A stretch of DNA of 64,000 nt from Girardia tigrina (Eukaryota): contig MQRK01191251.1 in NCBI GenBank assembly GCA_001938485.1, positions 1 through 64,000 on the forward strand, read 5' to 3'. Below are positions 13,264 through 25,518 of this stretch, in pieces. Position numbers and translations under genes: made by a program. Numbering within the stretch: the first letter of the stretch is position 1; every line of letters starts with the position of its first letter. The notes under the pieces are model-generated. The model saw only the letters and a list, made by a program, of their open reading frames with translations, made no database searches and was not told where the DNA came from.

Positions 13264-14430
13264 TAAAAATAGTTTCCTTAGTAATCAAAGTGGGGGTTAA
13301 TTGGTGAAATTATTTTTAACAGTAAACATCTGTTATGATCTACACCTCCAATAGTATATCAAACCACTCACTTTCAGCTTTTTTTATGAATTCTGTACTT
13401 TGGACTGTGTTTAGTGCTTCATTATTGACCATCCAGCTTGCTAAACGTTTCCAAGTATCATACTGAATCTACTGTACTTGATTAGATGGGGGACTGACAG
13501 CATAAGGGTCCATAGAGATGTACTCCCCACTTCATCCTTTATAACTTTTACAACACTTCACAAAAATGATGCGGATGACTATTGATTATTGAGGTTGTAT
13601 CAACGGCAACACATTCGTGATCTTTCCGAACGAATGTCTGTGGACCGACACCCAATCGAATAATGTTAATATTGGTGTCGGGTACAGGAAGATAACATTC
13701 GGGTTGCAAATCGACTCACGGAATGCTTTGAATAAGACATTTAAAATTTAAAACTCATTTCAAACAAAGAAAATTTTGAAGATGACAAATTAAATCGAAT
13801 TCCTTTCAAATCAAAACATACGAACTTTGAAAAATGTTTATTTGTTGTTATCACAAATCCATTTTCAAAAAAATAAACCATACGGAATATCACGTATCCA
13901 AAACAATCTCTTTTACACAAATCAAATTTTGCAACTTTACATATAATATCAAACGCGTTTAAACAACGCAAATTTTTACACACTTTTTACAAAAATCATT
14001 TTTTCTTATTATAAATACATATATTTTTATTTATTTTATTGTATTACATACATATATTTATTTATATCAGCGATCCAATTCATCCACTTTTCCTCACAAG
14101 TGACAATGTTATTAAAAAAGTGATCACATTTATTACAAGAAATCCTTATCAAGCCAGCATCAAAAGGCTTTTTTCTGCTTTTCATTAAACTCATGTGAAA
14201 ACCACTTTTGTTTCCCTTTTCCAATTTGAGCCAAGTGATTCAATATTGTTTGCTTTGTAACAGCAAACGTTAGTAATAAAAGATGATCATTTTGAGATGG
14301 ATCCGACTCCATGACAACTTAAAGTTTCTAATTGTCTACCTGCATTCATGGGTGACACAGAGACCATTTATTTAGGTTAAAATTACCTTTCGTGAATTTC
14401 CTGAACCAACGTGAGACTGTCTAAAAAGTA

Positions 14431-15250
14431 AAGGGGTTCCAGATCTCGGGATCCTGGACTTACGTAACTTTTTAAATTTAATTTTTAATTTAGTTCAAAT
14501 TTTAATTATTTTAATATACATATATTATTTTTTTCATTAAAATTTTGATATTTTATTTGAAATCTAAAACAAGAAACATTAATACAACTAAAATTGATAA
14601 AATATTTATTTATTTAAAACATTCTACACTAGAATCACTAAAAATTTTGAAAATAATGTCATAACAAGGTCAACTTACATAGTGATTTATCGGAGAGTCT
14701 GGACCTTAGCTTCGTAAAAAACATTCCACTCGCAGAAAATGCTTTTTCCGCCTCAACACTTGTTGGATGTACGCTCATAAGAGCCTTGTACAAAAGTTTC
14801 AGAAGCTTCGCTTCTTTGACAGACGACGCTGAAAAAATCGAGTTCTCTACCAATTTGGCATTCTATTGATGATGTCTTTTCTCTTCCTTCCTTTTCATTT
14901 AACCCACTGCCACATTTATACAAGGTTTTCTTCGAACATTCGTTAATATCACTAGATTTCTTTTCTTCAGTTAAAAGATCTTTTCCCTTTTCACAAACAT
15001 TGACGACATTCACTTTGTTAGCGAGGGTGATGAGTAAATACTTTACGGCATTCATTTAGATATCTGTATCTACGTGTCCACCACAACTAACATATTTTAC
15101 TGCTAAAGATATCGCTGTTAACCTTTCTGTCATGCGATTCTGCAATACAGTAGATAAGTCACCTGAGAAGATTGACTTTTGTTGGGCTAATTAATCTAAT
15201 GCAAATCAAACAGCAGCATTTGTCATCGCCAAAGTACATTTTCTCTATAA
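14431..15250 (-). pseudogene. hAT transposase C-terminal (dimerization domain) remnant with probable terminus
   Basis: LYKALMSVHPTSVEAEKAFSASGMFFTKLRSRLSDKSL matches the hATC motif P.TSV..ER.FS..G. GGGGTTCCAGATCTCGGGATCC at ~14433 resembles a hAT terminus. Confidence 0.85.
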
Positions 15251-17097
15251 AACTTTTTTGACAATTTGAACTTCAAATCAAAATATAAAGTTGTCAAAAT
15301 TATATCTGAATACAAGAATTCAGTTCAAAATAGAAAATTCTTTTCAATAAAAAATCATTTCAAGATAATAAATCTCAAGTCAAAGTAAAAATAGTTTTAA
15401 AATAAAAAAAAACAATTCAAAATCAAAAATTCTCAATTTAAAATGAAAAATTCTTTAAAAAATTTGTCAAGATTACTGATTTTTAGCTTTTATGACGCTT
15501 ATAAATGTGGAATTAATAATTTTGTAATCTATTGAGTAAAGTTAATCGAGAATTCTAAGTAAATTGATTGACAACAAAATTTCATAATTATCCACTTCAC
15601 TAATATATAAGCTGTAAGAAGTTAATAATCAGTGATCTAAGTTGAAGATAAAACCGTCGATATATATTATCATAAAATATGTTTTGAAATAGTTTAATAA
15701 TTTTTAATGTATTAATAATTTTAAAGAAAATAATTATTTTTACCAATAGAAATCATTTTCAATTTAAAAAATATCATGATTATCGCAAAATGTGTTCATC
15801 GCATAAGGTTGTTAATGCGATCGTATCTCTATTGTTCATTGTACTTATTAACGTAAAAGGATGACTTCGTATTGTTAACACAACAATAATTGAACTACTT
15901 CCTCTTACAAAAGTAATTTAAAATTATTTATTTAAAAGAATAAATAAATTTTGCCTTTTCTATTAATTATATTTTTTGTATCAAGTTTACCTAAATCAAT
16001 CATAGCTTAGGCAAATAGTGAAGTAAGAAATGATATAATTTCCCGGAACGAGAAGTTAGAAATTAATAATAAAAGCTCTTTTTTAATGAAGCGAAAAAAT
16101 GTCTTCTCTCTTTAGTAAAATTTATGAAAGAAACTCGATCTATTTGTCGATAATTAATATCTTTTTCTTTTAGCCACCCTTGCTTGTGTGGTACTCCCTT
16201 TTTTGGAATATAACACCTTTTTTATTCCTACGAATTAAATAAATTTGATTTTTTATTTATTTTTTTTAAAGTAAAGGTATAAAAAGAGAAGAACTCATGA
16301 TGACTCTTACTGGAGTTAAAAATTGAATTTTACTTTTGTGATTTTACGTTTTTTATAACTTGAAATTCATATTTTATTTTAACAGATCCAAGCTTTCTTT
16401 TAATTTTTAAATCACGAAAGGATTGTAAAGTAAGCACCTTCTTTGTAGAATACATTATCCATCACAAACGTCAACACATAAATATCCTTCGAACAAGTCT
16501 CGTTTACACCAATAGTAGCTTTATGGCTATAAATATGAACCTTTTGAACGTTTTTCAACCCCTTAAATATGATCAGTGATCACAAATATCACAAGTTTAC
16601 AAACTTATGAAATTGTTAGAGAAACTTGAAGCTATTGCAGCGGTAGTTATTGTCAACATTCTGAATTTATTTATAAAAGGATGTATTTATATCTGGATGT
16701 CCGTATAAGTCATTTATTTACATTAGAGGAATTATCAAAAGCCTTTCAAGCTATAAACGTAAGTCTTTTAACTTAACATTCCTTCCAGTTTTTTAAAATC
16801 AATTTTAACTCTTTTTATCAAACTCACCATAGTGATTTGCCTTGCAAGGAGTGTTTCAGTGTCCTTTTTTCAATCGAGTACGTATGATTTCTATTCCAGT
16901 TGTTTGAAAATTTAAAACGAAGAAATTTCACATTAAAATGATCTCAATAATCTCGTTTAAAAATGTATATTTTAAAAATAAAGTTAACAATTATTTAATA
17001 AAACTTAATTTGTACAAATCGAAGAATAGTAATGTAATAAAATTTATTCCTTTAACAAAATGTAAGTCAATCAGCGTAAATATTCCAAAGTTTTTAG

Positions 17098-17700
17098 AGT
17101 AGGGGAAAAATGGCATTCTCCCTCACCCCCCGGGGGGTAGCCCGTTACCATGGCAACAGTTCCGGTTACCATAGCAACGGTCACGGTTCTCTTGGCAACG
17201 GTAAGCAAGAGTGTTTTTCATTAGCAACGGATACAGTAATTCAAGACAGTTGTAACCATGGTGACGGTTACCGTATCCATAGCAACCGTCACCTTATCAC
17301 TAGGGACCGAAGAAAAAAGTGATAATCGATACTTTAAAAGTGCTAATCGATAGTGCACATTGTGCCGCACATTTAAAATGTGCTAGCACAATGCTTCTCA
17401 AGTTGCACATGTGCAAAAGTGCAAAAATCAATACATTAAATTTTTTAAAAGTACTAGTGTCAAAAATCGATTTCATGTGTTTGATGCACATTTTGATTCT
17501 CTATCTGAATGTGCAATTAGAAATTTCATATATTGATTATTTTTCTCTATAATAAGCATAATGTGCAAATTTGCACATCGATTTTAAAGATACAGGGAAG
17601 CAGAATATCAAAAATAGTGCTGATGCACTTGAATAGTAACCCATATACCTAAAAGATTCAGATTCCACATCAACATTTTCAAAAAAATGTTGAAATATTG
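17098..17700 (+). mobile_element. Unclassified non-coding TIR element, copy A (left end, X-box repeat array)
   Basis: Starts AGTAGGGGAAAAATGGCATTCTCC and is colinear over ~550 bp with 24603-25230 and 29813-30500. Confidence 0.85.
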
Positions 17701-18044
17701 ATATTTCAATGTCGAGTCAACAATGATCAAGAATCTGATGATGTAGAAGTTAGGATTTTTTTCTTAAATAATTATAAATTAAATAAAAATAAATAAATAA
17801 ATAAAAGATTAATGATTTTTTTATTTTAATAATCCAACAATTTTCATAATTATAAAAAAACGTTAACAAACTACATAAATGAATTTTCAGGCCAACTTCT
17901 TATAGAATTCAAATCTAAAAAAATTAAAAGAATGTTATTTAAAAGAAAAAAAAATTTTATAAGGCAGCTCGTCGCCGTATATTAACCCGTTAGTGATGCG
18001 TTAGTGAGATTACTCCCTTTAATAATAAATCTGATTCCTCCATT

Positions 18045-18480
18045 TCAGCCGGCGGGAGTAACTGGACTTCGTCGAAATCTTTTTCTATTGCCTGGAATAA
18101 AAAAAATTAAATCATATATTATATATATATATATAATATTTAATTTATTTACCTTTAGGATCTGGAGATTAATGATCGTCTCCAGGCTTTTTTTTAATTT
18201 TCGCTCCAGCTGGAGCCTCATGGAATCCAAAGATTTTTGTCTTATACATGGTATACATTCAGAATGGTTTTCTAAACCACCCTGAATGCATTTTCGAATG
18301 TTTTTAATGGATAATTTGCGATTATTACAAATCGCTCTACATTCTTTAGCTGCAGCGTTTTTCCTTAAACGGTGCAGCATTCTACATGAGGCCCTGCTGG
18401 ATGGTGGTGCGGTCGGCGATTCTGAAAATCCCTGCCACCGACTGTTGTGTTGTACTTGGGGTTTGCGGTGAATCTATATA
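18045..18480 (-). pseudogene. Intron-containing gene remnant with a bZIP-basic-region-like peptide
   Basis: RLRKNAAAKECR resembles CREB/ATF1 RLMKNREAARECR. AT-rich GT-AG introns at ~18093-18152 and 18487-18534. The upstream exon has stops in all frames. Confidence 0.3.
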
Positions 18481-19660
18481 CATTTTCTAAAAAAAAATTA
18501 AAAATTATATTACATAAATAAAAAAAAATAATACCAGTATTCTAATGTTTCTCTTGAGAATACTAGGGCATGTCCCATTCTAATGATTTCTTCGTAGTGC
18601 CATACTACCTGCATTGTTTCCACTGTCCAGGGAAGGTGTTACCGTCATGTTTTTATACCCTAATGTACTAAGTCGTGGCATTTAGCTAGATTCTCAATGT
18701 ATAGCGACATCTGCAGCTCAACCAACCAATGGAAAAAACTTATATTTTTTCATGGAGTTTTGCTCGATTGCCATCTAGCTTATAAATCAGTTAAGAGTCA
18801 CCTATACCGATATCTGATTTGTCTACAAACATTAAACTGAACCGCTGTCGCAAGCCCCCATTTGGAAGGTGGATAGTTAAACCACCATGTCGCTATCCTA
18901 GAGGTTGGCGATCCGGTTCAACATCTAATATCGTGAAGAATGACCGATTTATTGAGATTATATGCCTGCCACTTCTACTAACTTAGTTTACCGTGACTGA
19001 AGAATTTAGGGAAGCACAAATCACTACCTAACTTTACAATTCTCCAAATGTATACTACAAAAGAATCTCAATACTCAATCTAAATGTTCCAATTTAATTA
19101 TGTGAGGAGCTGAAGCTCCATTCTTTTCAAATCATTAATCGATTTCCATAATGTTGGATATTTTACTCCAAAATTATTGTTTGTTTTTTGAATGTTTTTC
19201 AATTGTGGATTGAATTTGGTTTCGACAATTTGTTTGGAGATTTGTTCGACTTTTGATTTGATGATTGTAGTAATCCGATAATCGATAGCAAACAAAATTA
19301 AAATAATTAAACGTGGGAAATTCAAATGTGGTAAAAATGTCGATGAAAATAAATTCTTCCGATTTCTTACTTTTTTATATTTTAATCGAATGAAATCGAG
19401 CGGACCAGAGCTACAACCGCATTGTTCAGCGAATCGGCATCCGGACAACACACTTGGACGCATCGAGTGGACCACCAACCGATGCGATGCCGCCAACAAG
19501 ACCAACACACTTCGGCGAGCTGCTATGGGCCGTTTGCAGCGCCGACGCGCGTATTGACTGTGTGACACTGGAACCGACCGATCATGTCCGCCAGCAACGA
19601 TTTCCCACACAATTAAGAGGTGCTGGTTGCCGCCACTGGGTTCGGCAGTCGATACCACAT

Positions 19661-19678
19661 TGGTGTCAGAAGTGGGAT
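19661..19678 (+). promoter_or_regulatory. Primer-binding site complementary to the tRNA-Leu 3' end
   Basis: TGGTGTCAGAAGTGGGAT is the reverse complement of ATCCCACTTCTGACACCA (3' end of metazoan tRNA-Leu). It lies 1 nt after the LTR-terminal CA. Confidence 0.85.
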
Positions 19679-19884
19679 CAACTGATCCAACACAGGTAAG
19701 CGATTTTGAATGTTTTTTGAAACGCGCTTGCTGCAACGCATATACACACTACAATCACCACGCATACACCGCAACAAACACTCACACGCCTCACGTTAAA
19801 CAAATTTACTCTCACACAGCACTTAACGATTAAATAAGCAAACACCACATCGAAATCACACTGAAAACAATAACTTTAGCACAC

Positions 19885-20103
19885 ACCACAAAAACAATAA
19901 ATACTGAAGGGGACATTGTCACCACACTCCAATTGTCCACCGACTGTTTAATCGAACACCTCATAAATCACCTCACTAGCCAGTCGGGACATCCAGTCAC
20001 ACTTTATAATGGATTTAAACCGTTTCGTTCTCACCTCTCTTTAAGGCAGTACGGGATCGTGACCAACACGACAATCACTTGCCACGTGGTACTTTTTGGC
20101 GGT
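19885..20103 (+). pseudogene. Ubiquitin-like domain in frame with Gag
   Basis: TTKTINTEGDIVTTLQLSTDCLIEHLINHLTSQSGHPVTLYNGFKPFRSHLSLRQYGIVTNTTITCHVVLFGG aligns by eye to ubiquitin (KT..G..TL, IE, GxP, L...K, L..Y.I...T, LxGG). Confidence 0.75.
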
Positions 20104-22310
20104 GGTGATCGCGATGAGGGACCCGAACTTTTCTCTGTAACCGGCATACCACAGCTTCAGGAGTCAATCGCAGTGCACTCATTGGCGCTATCGACGTCCC
20201 CGTTTTTACTAGATGACGACGGATCACCACGAACCTGGCTTTGACTAATGGAGTTCCGCCTGAAAACCGTGAGGAGCCAACATGTGCGGTTTCAACACCT
20301 CACAGCCGCATTACCGGTCGATCAACTGTGAGCAATAAACAAAGAACTGCCGTTAATCATGGCACATGACCGACCATACGATCAGTTGTGCCACAATTTA
20401 ATGAAGGCATACACGCAGACCTTCGATGCGCATTTCGAGCAATATTTCAGATCTCAGCCTATGGGAGACATGAAACCCACTCAGTTCCTGAACAAGATGA
20501 TAACCGATCTGCATGCGCTCAACCCGGCACTGGTCAATGATAATGCAGATCAGTGACAGTGGCGGAAGCTCTTACTCCAAGCTCTTCCGGACACACAACG
20601 ATCCATACTGGCCGCCTCCGAACAGATAGCGGCTCTNAAGCCAGTCTGACCGCTATCAGCCGCAACCGTGATTACTCAACAGTCGAAACCGAGCCGGTCA
20701 GCAATGCAGTGACCTGGGGATCGTGGAGCCATACTGCACGGATGCCAGTCGCCCGATGTCCTGGAGGGACGCAAACCCCGCTATCCGGCTCATTCATGAA
20801 GGCCACTATCGTCATGTGCTACTTTCACCGTCGATTCGGCAAAGGAGCTAAGAAATACCAACCCGGGTGCTCGTTCCCGTGCGATGGATCCGAACTGACG
20901 TATGTATTTGGCATGCCCAGTTCGGCACGGATACCAAGGAATGTGCTCCCGGGTGTGTACACTATCAGCAAAAAAAACTGGAACCACCCCTCACAATCGC
21001 AGCAAGTGAGGCAGGTAGAAGAAGCCACTGCGACCCCACACATATACAGAGCAACAATAACGTTCACCACATCCATAAACTAAACACATATAACAACAAA
21101 AATGACAATATTCACACTATAAACATCTACAACAACAACGACATTCACCATATTTACGATCCACATATACAAAGTAACTACAATAGCTACCGCCACAACC
21201 TTGACACGTACAAAAACAATACTCAGCACACATATGACTCCAATATACACCACACCAATAACAACAACACCGAACAAAACAACAGTAACACCAGCAATTA
21301 CGACAATCAAGATGACAACATGAGCAACCACACAGATAATCAAAACCACACCGAACAAAACAACAATAGCAAATCAAGCGACAATGTGCAGCAGGCCAAC
21401 TACAGCGATAATTCAACTCCAAATACATTGAAAAGCATTAATAATTCGATTATTTATTAATAAAATATTTATTCATAAATTAAATTATTCTTAAAAAAGT
21501 TATATTATTTTTACAGTTTGAATCCAATATACTTTTTATAAATTAGGATTATACTTTGAACAATAAAATTCAATTTTTGTAACGTTCGCTTGGTCTCTAA
21601 TACGTATAGATATTTGGTATTTTTCGACTAAGCTTTTTCTTGACGCCGGAAGCTAGATTATATATTTTGTCATTGACATTTAGATTTAATTTATTTATTT
21701 TTTCAAACCTATGCTTGTTATCTTCAAAATGATTTTTGGAGCATTTGTTGTTGAATATTTCTGCAAAATTTCAAAAATAATTATTTTTATAAGAAAAAAA
21801 ACACAATCTCCAATTTATATGAACATCCTTTTTCTTACACAATTGTTTATAAAAGAATAAAAAAATATTTTAATATAATAATTTTAATAAACAACAATAT
21901 ACATAAAATAATAAACAGAGTAGGTAAGAGAAAGAATAATCACTTCAGAGAATAGTGTTTGATAAAACAATAAAATAACCTTACAAAATTATCGTTCCGA
22001 TGACTGATATAGGCGCAGTTCACAAAATAGATTTTTTAGTTCTAAATATAATAACTGAATCCGGATACGGATATAAAATTGGCGAAAGTATTGTGTAAAC
22101 AGCAAATGATTAAAAAAATTGTTTACCTCAATTGTTTGGGTCGGGATATTGAATTGACGAGAATATCTTTTGAAAAGCGAAAGATTAAATATTTGTTTTG
22201 CTCATATGATGAGCGTTTTTTATTAACCGTATTCAAAGTGAGAGAACAACTATGTAAGATCGTTCGACTGATTGATATTGCTATAAAAAATTTAATATAA
22301 TTGTGGTGCT

Positions 22311-22740
22311 TCAGTGGAACCAATTTGATTTAAAACACAACTGTTGGTAACAGAACGGGCGCAGTGGACTCGTGGCTGCGGAGAAGGACCGCGGGACGTG
22401 AGAGGAATAGACACAAAAACAACTCACCCAGAGAATGCATCGACTCGCCGCACGAGTGCAAACTTTTATCTCCTCTTCTATCATCGCCACCTCTTCGAAC
22501 GAACACACTCGGCGAATGTCACCTCGTTTGTGGGCCTGGGAACTCTCGCCACTCATGTGGCCAGCCTCGTCGAAACTGTAACACGAACCACTAGATCTCG
22601 GACCGGCACCCGATTTACGAGCCTCAGCACATTCACGAGAAATGTAAACGTCTTGACTATAATTGTAACATTCTTTTTTTCGTTGAATCATCTTCACCAA
22701 TTATACTTATCACACTCACACGGGTTACGGTTGTTTTTAT
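22311..22740 (-). pseudogene. Decayed tandem CCHC zinc-knuckle (CNBP-like) gene fragment
   Basis: ECYNYSQDVYISREC..SGAGPRSSGSCYSFDEAGHMSGES are two eroded CX2CX4HX4C knuckles with a Gly/Ser/Arg linker. Confidence 0.6.
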
Positions 22741-23539
22741 TCAAATCAATGGCGGCTCAAACCGTCAATTCAAAAAGAGACTTCGTGCCAAAATTTTAAT
22801 CAATTTTTCGATTTAAACAATCGCAAATTCCAGAGAAATCGATCTCATATTTTTACAAAAAAAACTAATCAATCCAAAACAGCCAGCAATCAAACACAGA
22901 AATACTGGTCAATTAAAAGCCAAATAATAATATCCTCAATTGTTATAACAACTACATATCGCTATGTGATTTTTTATTTACATTTTATTTATGTATTTAA
23001 TTAATTTTTTTTCAAAAAAATAACGAATAACAATTACAAGAAAATATGATATTCAACAAAGCGAAATCGATTGTTCCTTTTTCTCTGTTCTCCAAAAAAT
23101 GAAAGACAAAGAATCAATCATAACCCAGATCACAGATTCGAATTTGAATCAAGAAAAGATTTCCGTTTTTAAATGTAATTCATCCATTGACTTTCGTTTT
23201 CGACTGAGGAAATTCTGGTTTGTAATTTGTGATAATTTATTCCACTTTCTTTCACGATCTAATGCTTCTTTACTCGACATGCTTTCTTTATCAGTTGACT
23301 TTCATGTAATTGATCTTTACGTTTTTCATCCAGATACTCAGCATTGTCAAATTCGACTGGGCAAGATTGACCGTGTCGTCTCCCCCAATGACGAATCAAA
23401 CAAAAAAATAATAAAATTAGTTGTGTTTTAGTAAACTGTTAGTTATGATAAAATTCGGATCTGGTTTAATGTCTCTATCAAGAAATATTTTTTAACAAAT
23501 TCAATTTTTCAATCCTATGTCATCATTTTCGATCCCTAC

Positions 23540-23862
23540 ACGGATGAAACGGACCTGACCTATCGCCACCTCTTTCAGGGAATCGGTACGTCGACGATTC
23601 AATCGAACTAGTCGAGTGGACCATCGGGACACAAGCACACGGACCGATCAAACTGATCGCCCCGCGGATGGCAACACCGAAAGGAGAACTTTTACGAGCT
23701 GGTCAGAAGACCGATATTCGCATGCACGCAGACCGGTGGCCACTGGGTCTAACCGGTTCATGAGCGCCGCAAGACAATCGGACCACTTCTCTGGCCAGCA
23801 CCTTTCCGCGCGATTAAGAGATCCTGGTTACTGAAGCTCGGTACGGTAGCCAACAGCTTCAT
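23540..23862 (+). mobile_element. Diverged LTR-like copy related to 19390-19659
   Basis: Colinear blocks CGGACC.GA.CTA, TTCAG.GAATCGG, TCGAGTGGACCA (exact), GCCAGCA and ATTAAGAG...CTGGTT are shared with the upstream LTR. Confidence 0.6.
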
Positions 23863-24602
23863 AATGATAATAAATACATATATTAGTTATTAATAAAAAT
23901 ATACTTTAATAATATTATTAAGAACACATATATGGGTTTTCACACGTTTATTTTCATGACAGTTTGAATTGTCAATGGAACGATTCTCAGCCAAGCTTTT
24001 ATTATTTGACATCTTGCTAAATTGATAATTTTTTGTTAAAACAATTATTCGAATAAATTTTCATTTTAATTGATTTTCAGATTTTATTTAAAAATTCTAC
24101 TTTTATAATTTGGGTAATAATTTTATCTAAATATTAATTTAATTTTAAAAATGATTTTATTTAAAAACATTTATTTAATTAATTTAAAAATAAGTTAAAA
24201 GTTATTTACTTTATTAAAATGTTTGATATTAAAAGTTTAAACAATTTAATATTTTAAAGTTTTAAAATTCATCAACAGTAATTTAAAATGAAAACTATGC
24301 TCGAAAAACTATTCATCGTAAACATCCAAAATACTAATTTTCCATCTGTGTAGGAAAAAGCACCACAAACCAAAATACTAAATTCCAAATACTAAACTCA
24401 ACATACAAAATTCAACGCACCAATTTCAATATTTAAAATTTAAAATAATCTCACAAATATAATGGTGGCGATAATACACCACAATTATATACATTTCATA
24501 AATGAAAACAAGAATCAGTTTAAAAACAAAATACGAAATTCCTATTATACAATTAAAGTAAGTCGTATTTTCTGTAATTTGATATTTTTATGGCAATTTG
24601 AT

Positions 24603-25271
24603 ATTACCATGGCAACGGTCGCGATCAACATAGCAACTGTTCCGGTTCACTTGGAAACGCTTCTGATTGGTTCAAATTTTTAACGGTTCCTATTGGTCCC
24701 CGATAGCGTGGAAACGCTTCTGATTGGTTCCCGGTTCCTTAGCAACGGTTCGGGTTCCCATGGCAACGGTAACCAAGGGCGTTTTTCATTATAAACCGAT
24801 ACAGTGGTTCAAGGCGGTTTGTTACCATGGTAACGGTTATCGTATCTATAGCAACCATGACCTTATAACAAAGGAGCGTAGAAAAAATGCTAATCGATCA
24901 CTGCACAGTGCCAAGATGTGCTAATCGATAGTGCACATTGTACCGCACATTTCTAATGTACTATCACAGTGCTTTTCAAGTTGCACGTGTGCAAAAATCA
25001 ATACATCAAATTTTTAAAAGTGCTAGTGCCAAAAATCAATATCATATGTTTGATGCAAATTTTGATTCTCTATCTGAATGTACAATTAGAAATTTTATAT
25101 ATTGATTAAGTTTTCCTATAATTGGCATAATGTGCAAATTTACACAAAATGCACATCGATTTTAAAGGAACAAGGAAGCAGAATAGCAAAAAGTGTCCAT
25201 GCACTTGAATAGTAACTCATATACGTACCCGGGGGAGGGTAGTGGTGGAGAACCCGCTTTTTTCCCCTACT
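24603..25271 (+). mobile_element. Unclassified TIR element, copy B (left end lost, right terminus present)
   Basis: Same X-box array and body as copies A and C. Ends ...GGAGAACCCGCTTTTTTCCCCTACT, the imperfect reverse complement of the A/C left end. Confidence 0.85.
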
Positions 25272-25481
25272 GTTGACCAATCAGATCGAGTCAATTGACT
25301 TGTGGTTTTCTTATTATTGCACAATTACTTGTTAATCAAATTAAGATGACAACTCGACACACTCGGTCAATATAACCCAAACAAGTCTTTGTTGGGGTTT
25401 CTAAATTTTAATTATAATAATGTTGTTTATTAATTATTTTTTTAACTTTATTCTTTTAATTACATATTTACACACACACAC

Positions 25482-25518
<37 letters not shown>

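Larger units (their letters stand above)
19327..21460 (+). mobile_element. CsRn1-clade-like Gypsy element, 5' part (LTR, PBS, Ubl-Gag with two CHCC motifs), truncated before protease
   Basis: LTR 19327-19659 with TGTGGTA...TACCACA inverted ends, followed immediately by a PBS. Gag reads SPFLLDDDGSPRTWL*LMEF..PYDQL..MGDMKPTQFLNKM..LLLQALPDTQRSILAAS, with CHCC-type motifs CYFHRRFGKGAKKYQPGC and CIWHAQFGTDTKECAPGC. An A-run near 20970 is followed by LEPPLTIAASEAG and an Asn/His/Thr-rich tract. Confidence 0.85.

Noticed and set aside
21080-21428. Val/Ile-rich and Cys-rich minus-strand ORFs
   Set aside because: Shadow frames of the (AAC/CAC)-rich low-complexity tract on the plus strand.
22311-22700. 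Vasa-like gene (knuckles followed by 'SFEE')
   Set aside because: No DEAD-box helicase motifs follow.
17098-25271. Single 8-kb Polinton-like element bounded by the copy A left end and copy B right end
   Set aside because: No target-site duplication, the A and B bodies are direct rather than inverted repeats, and there are no pPolB, integrase or capsid remnants inside.
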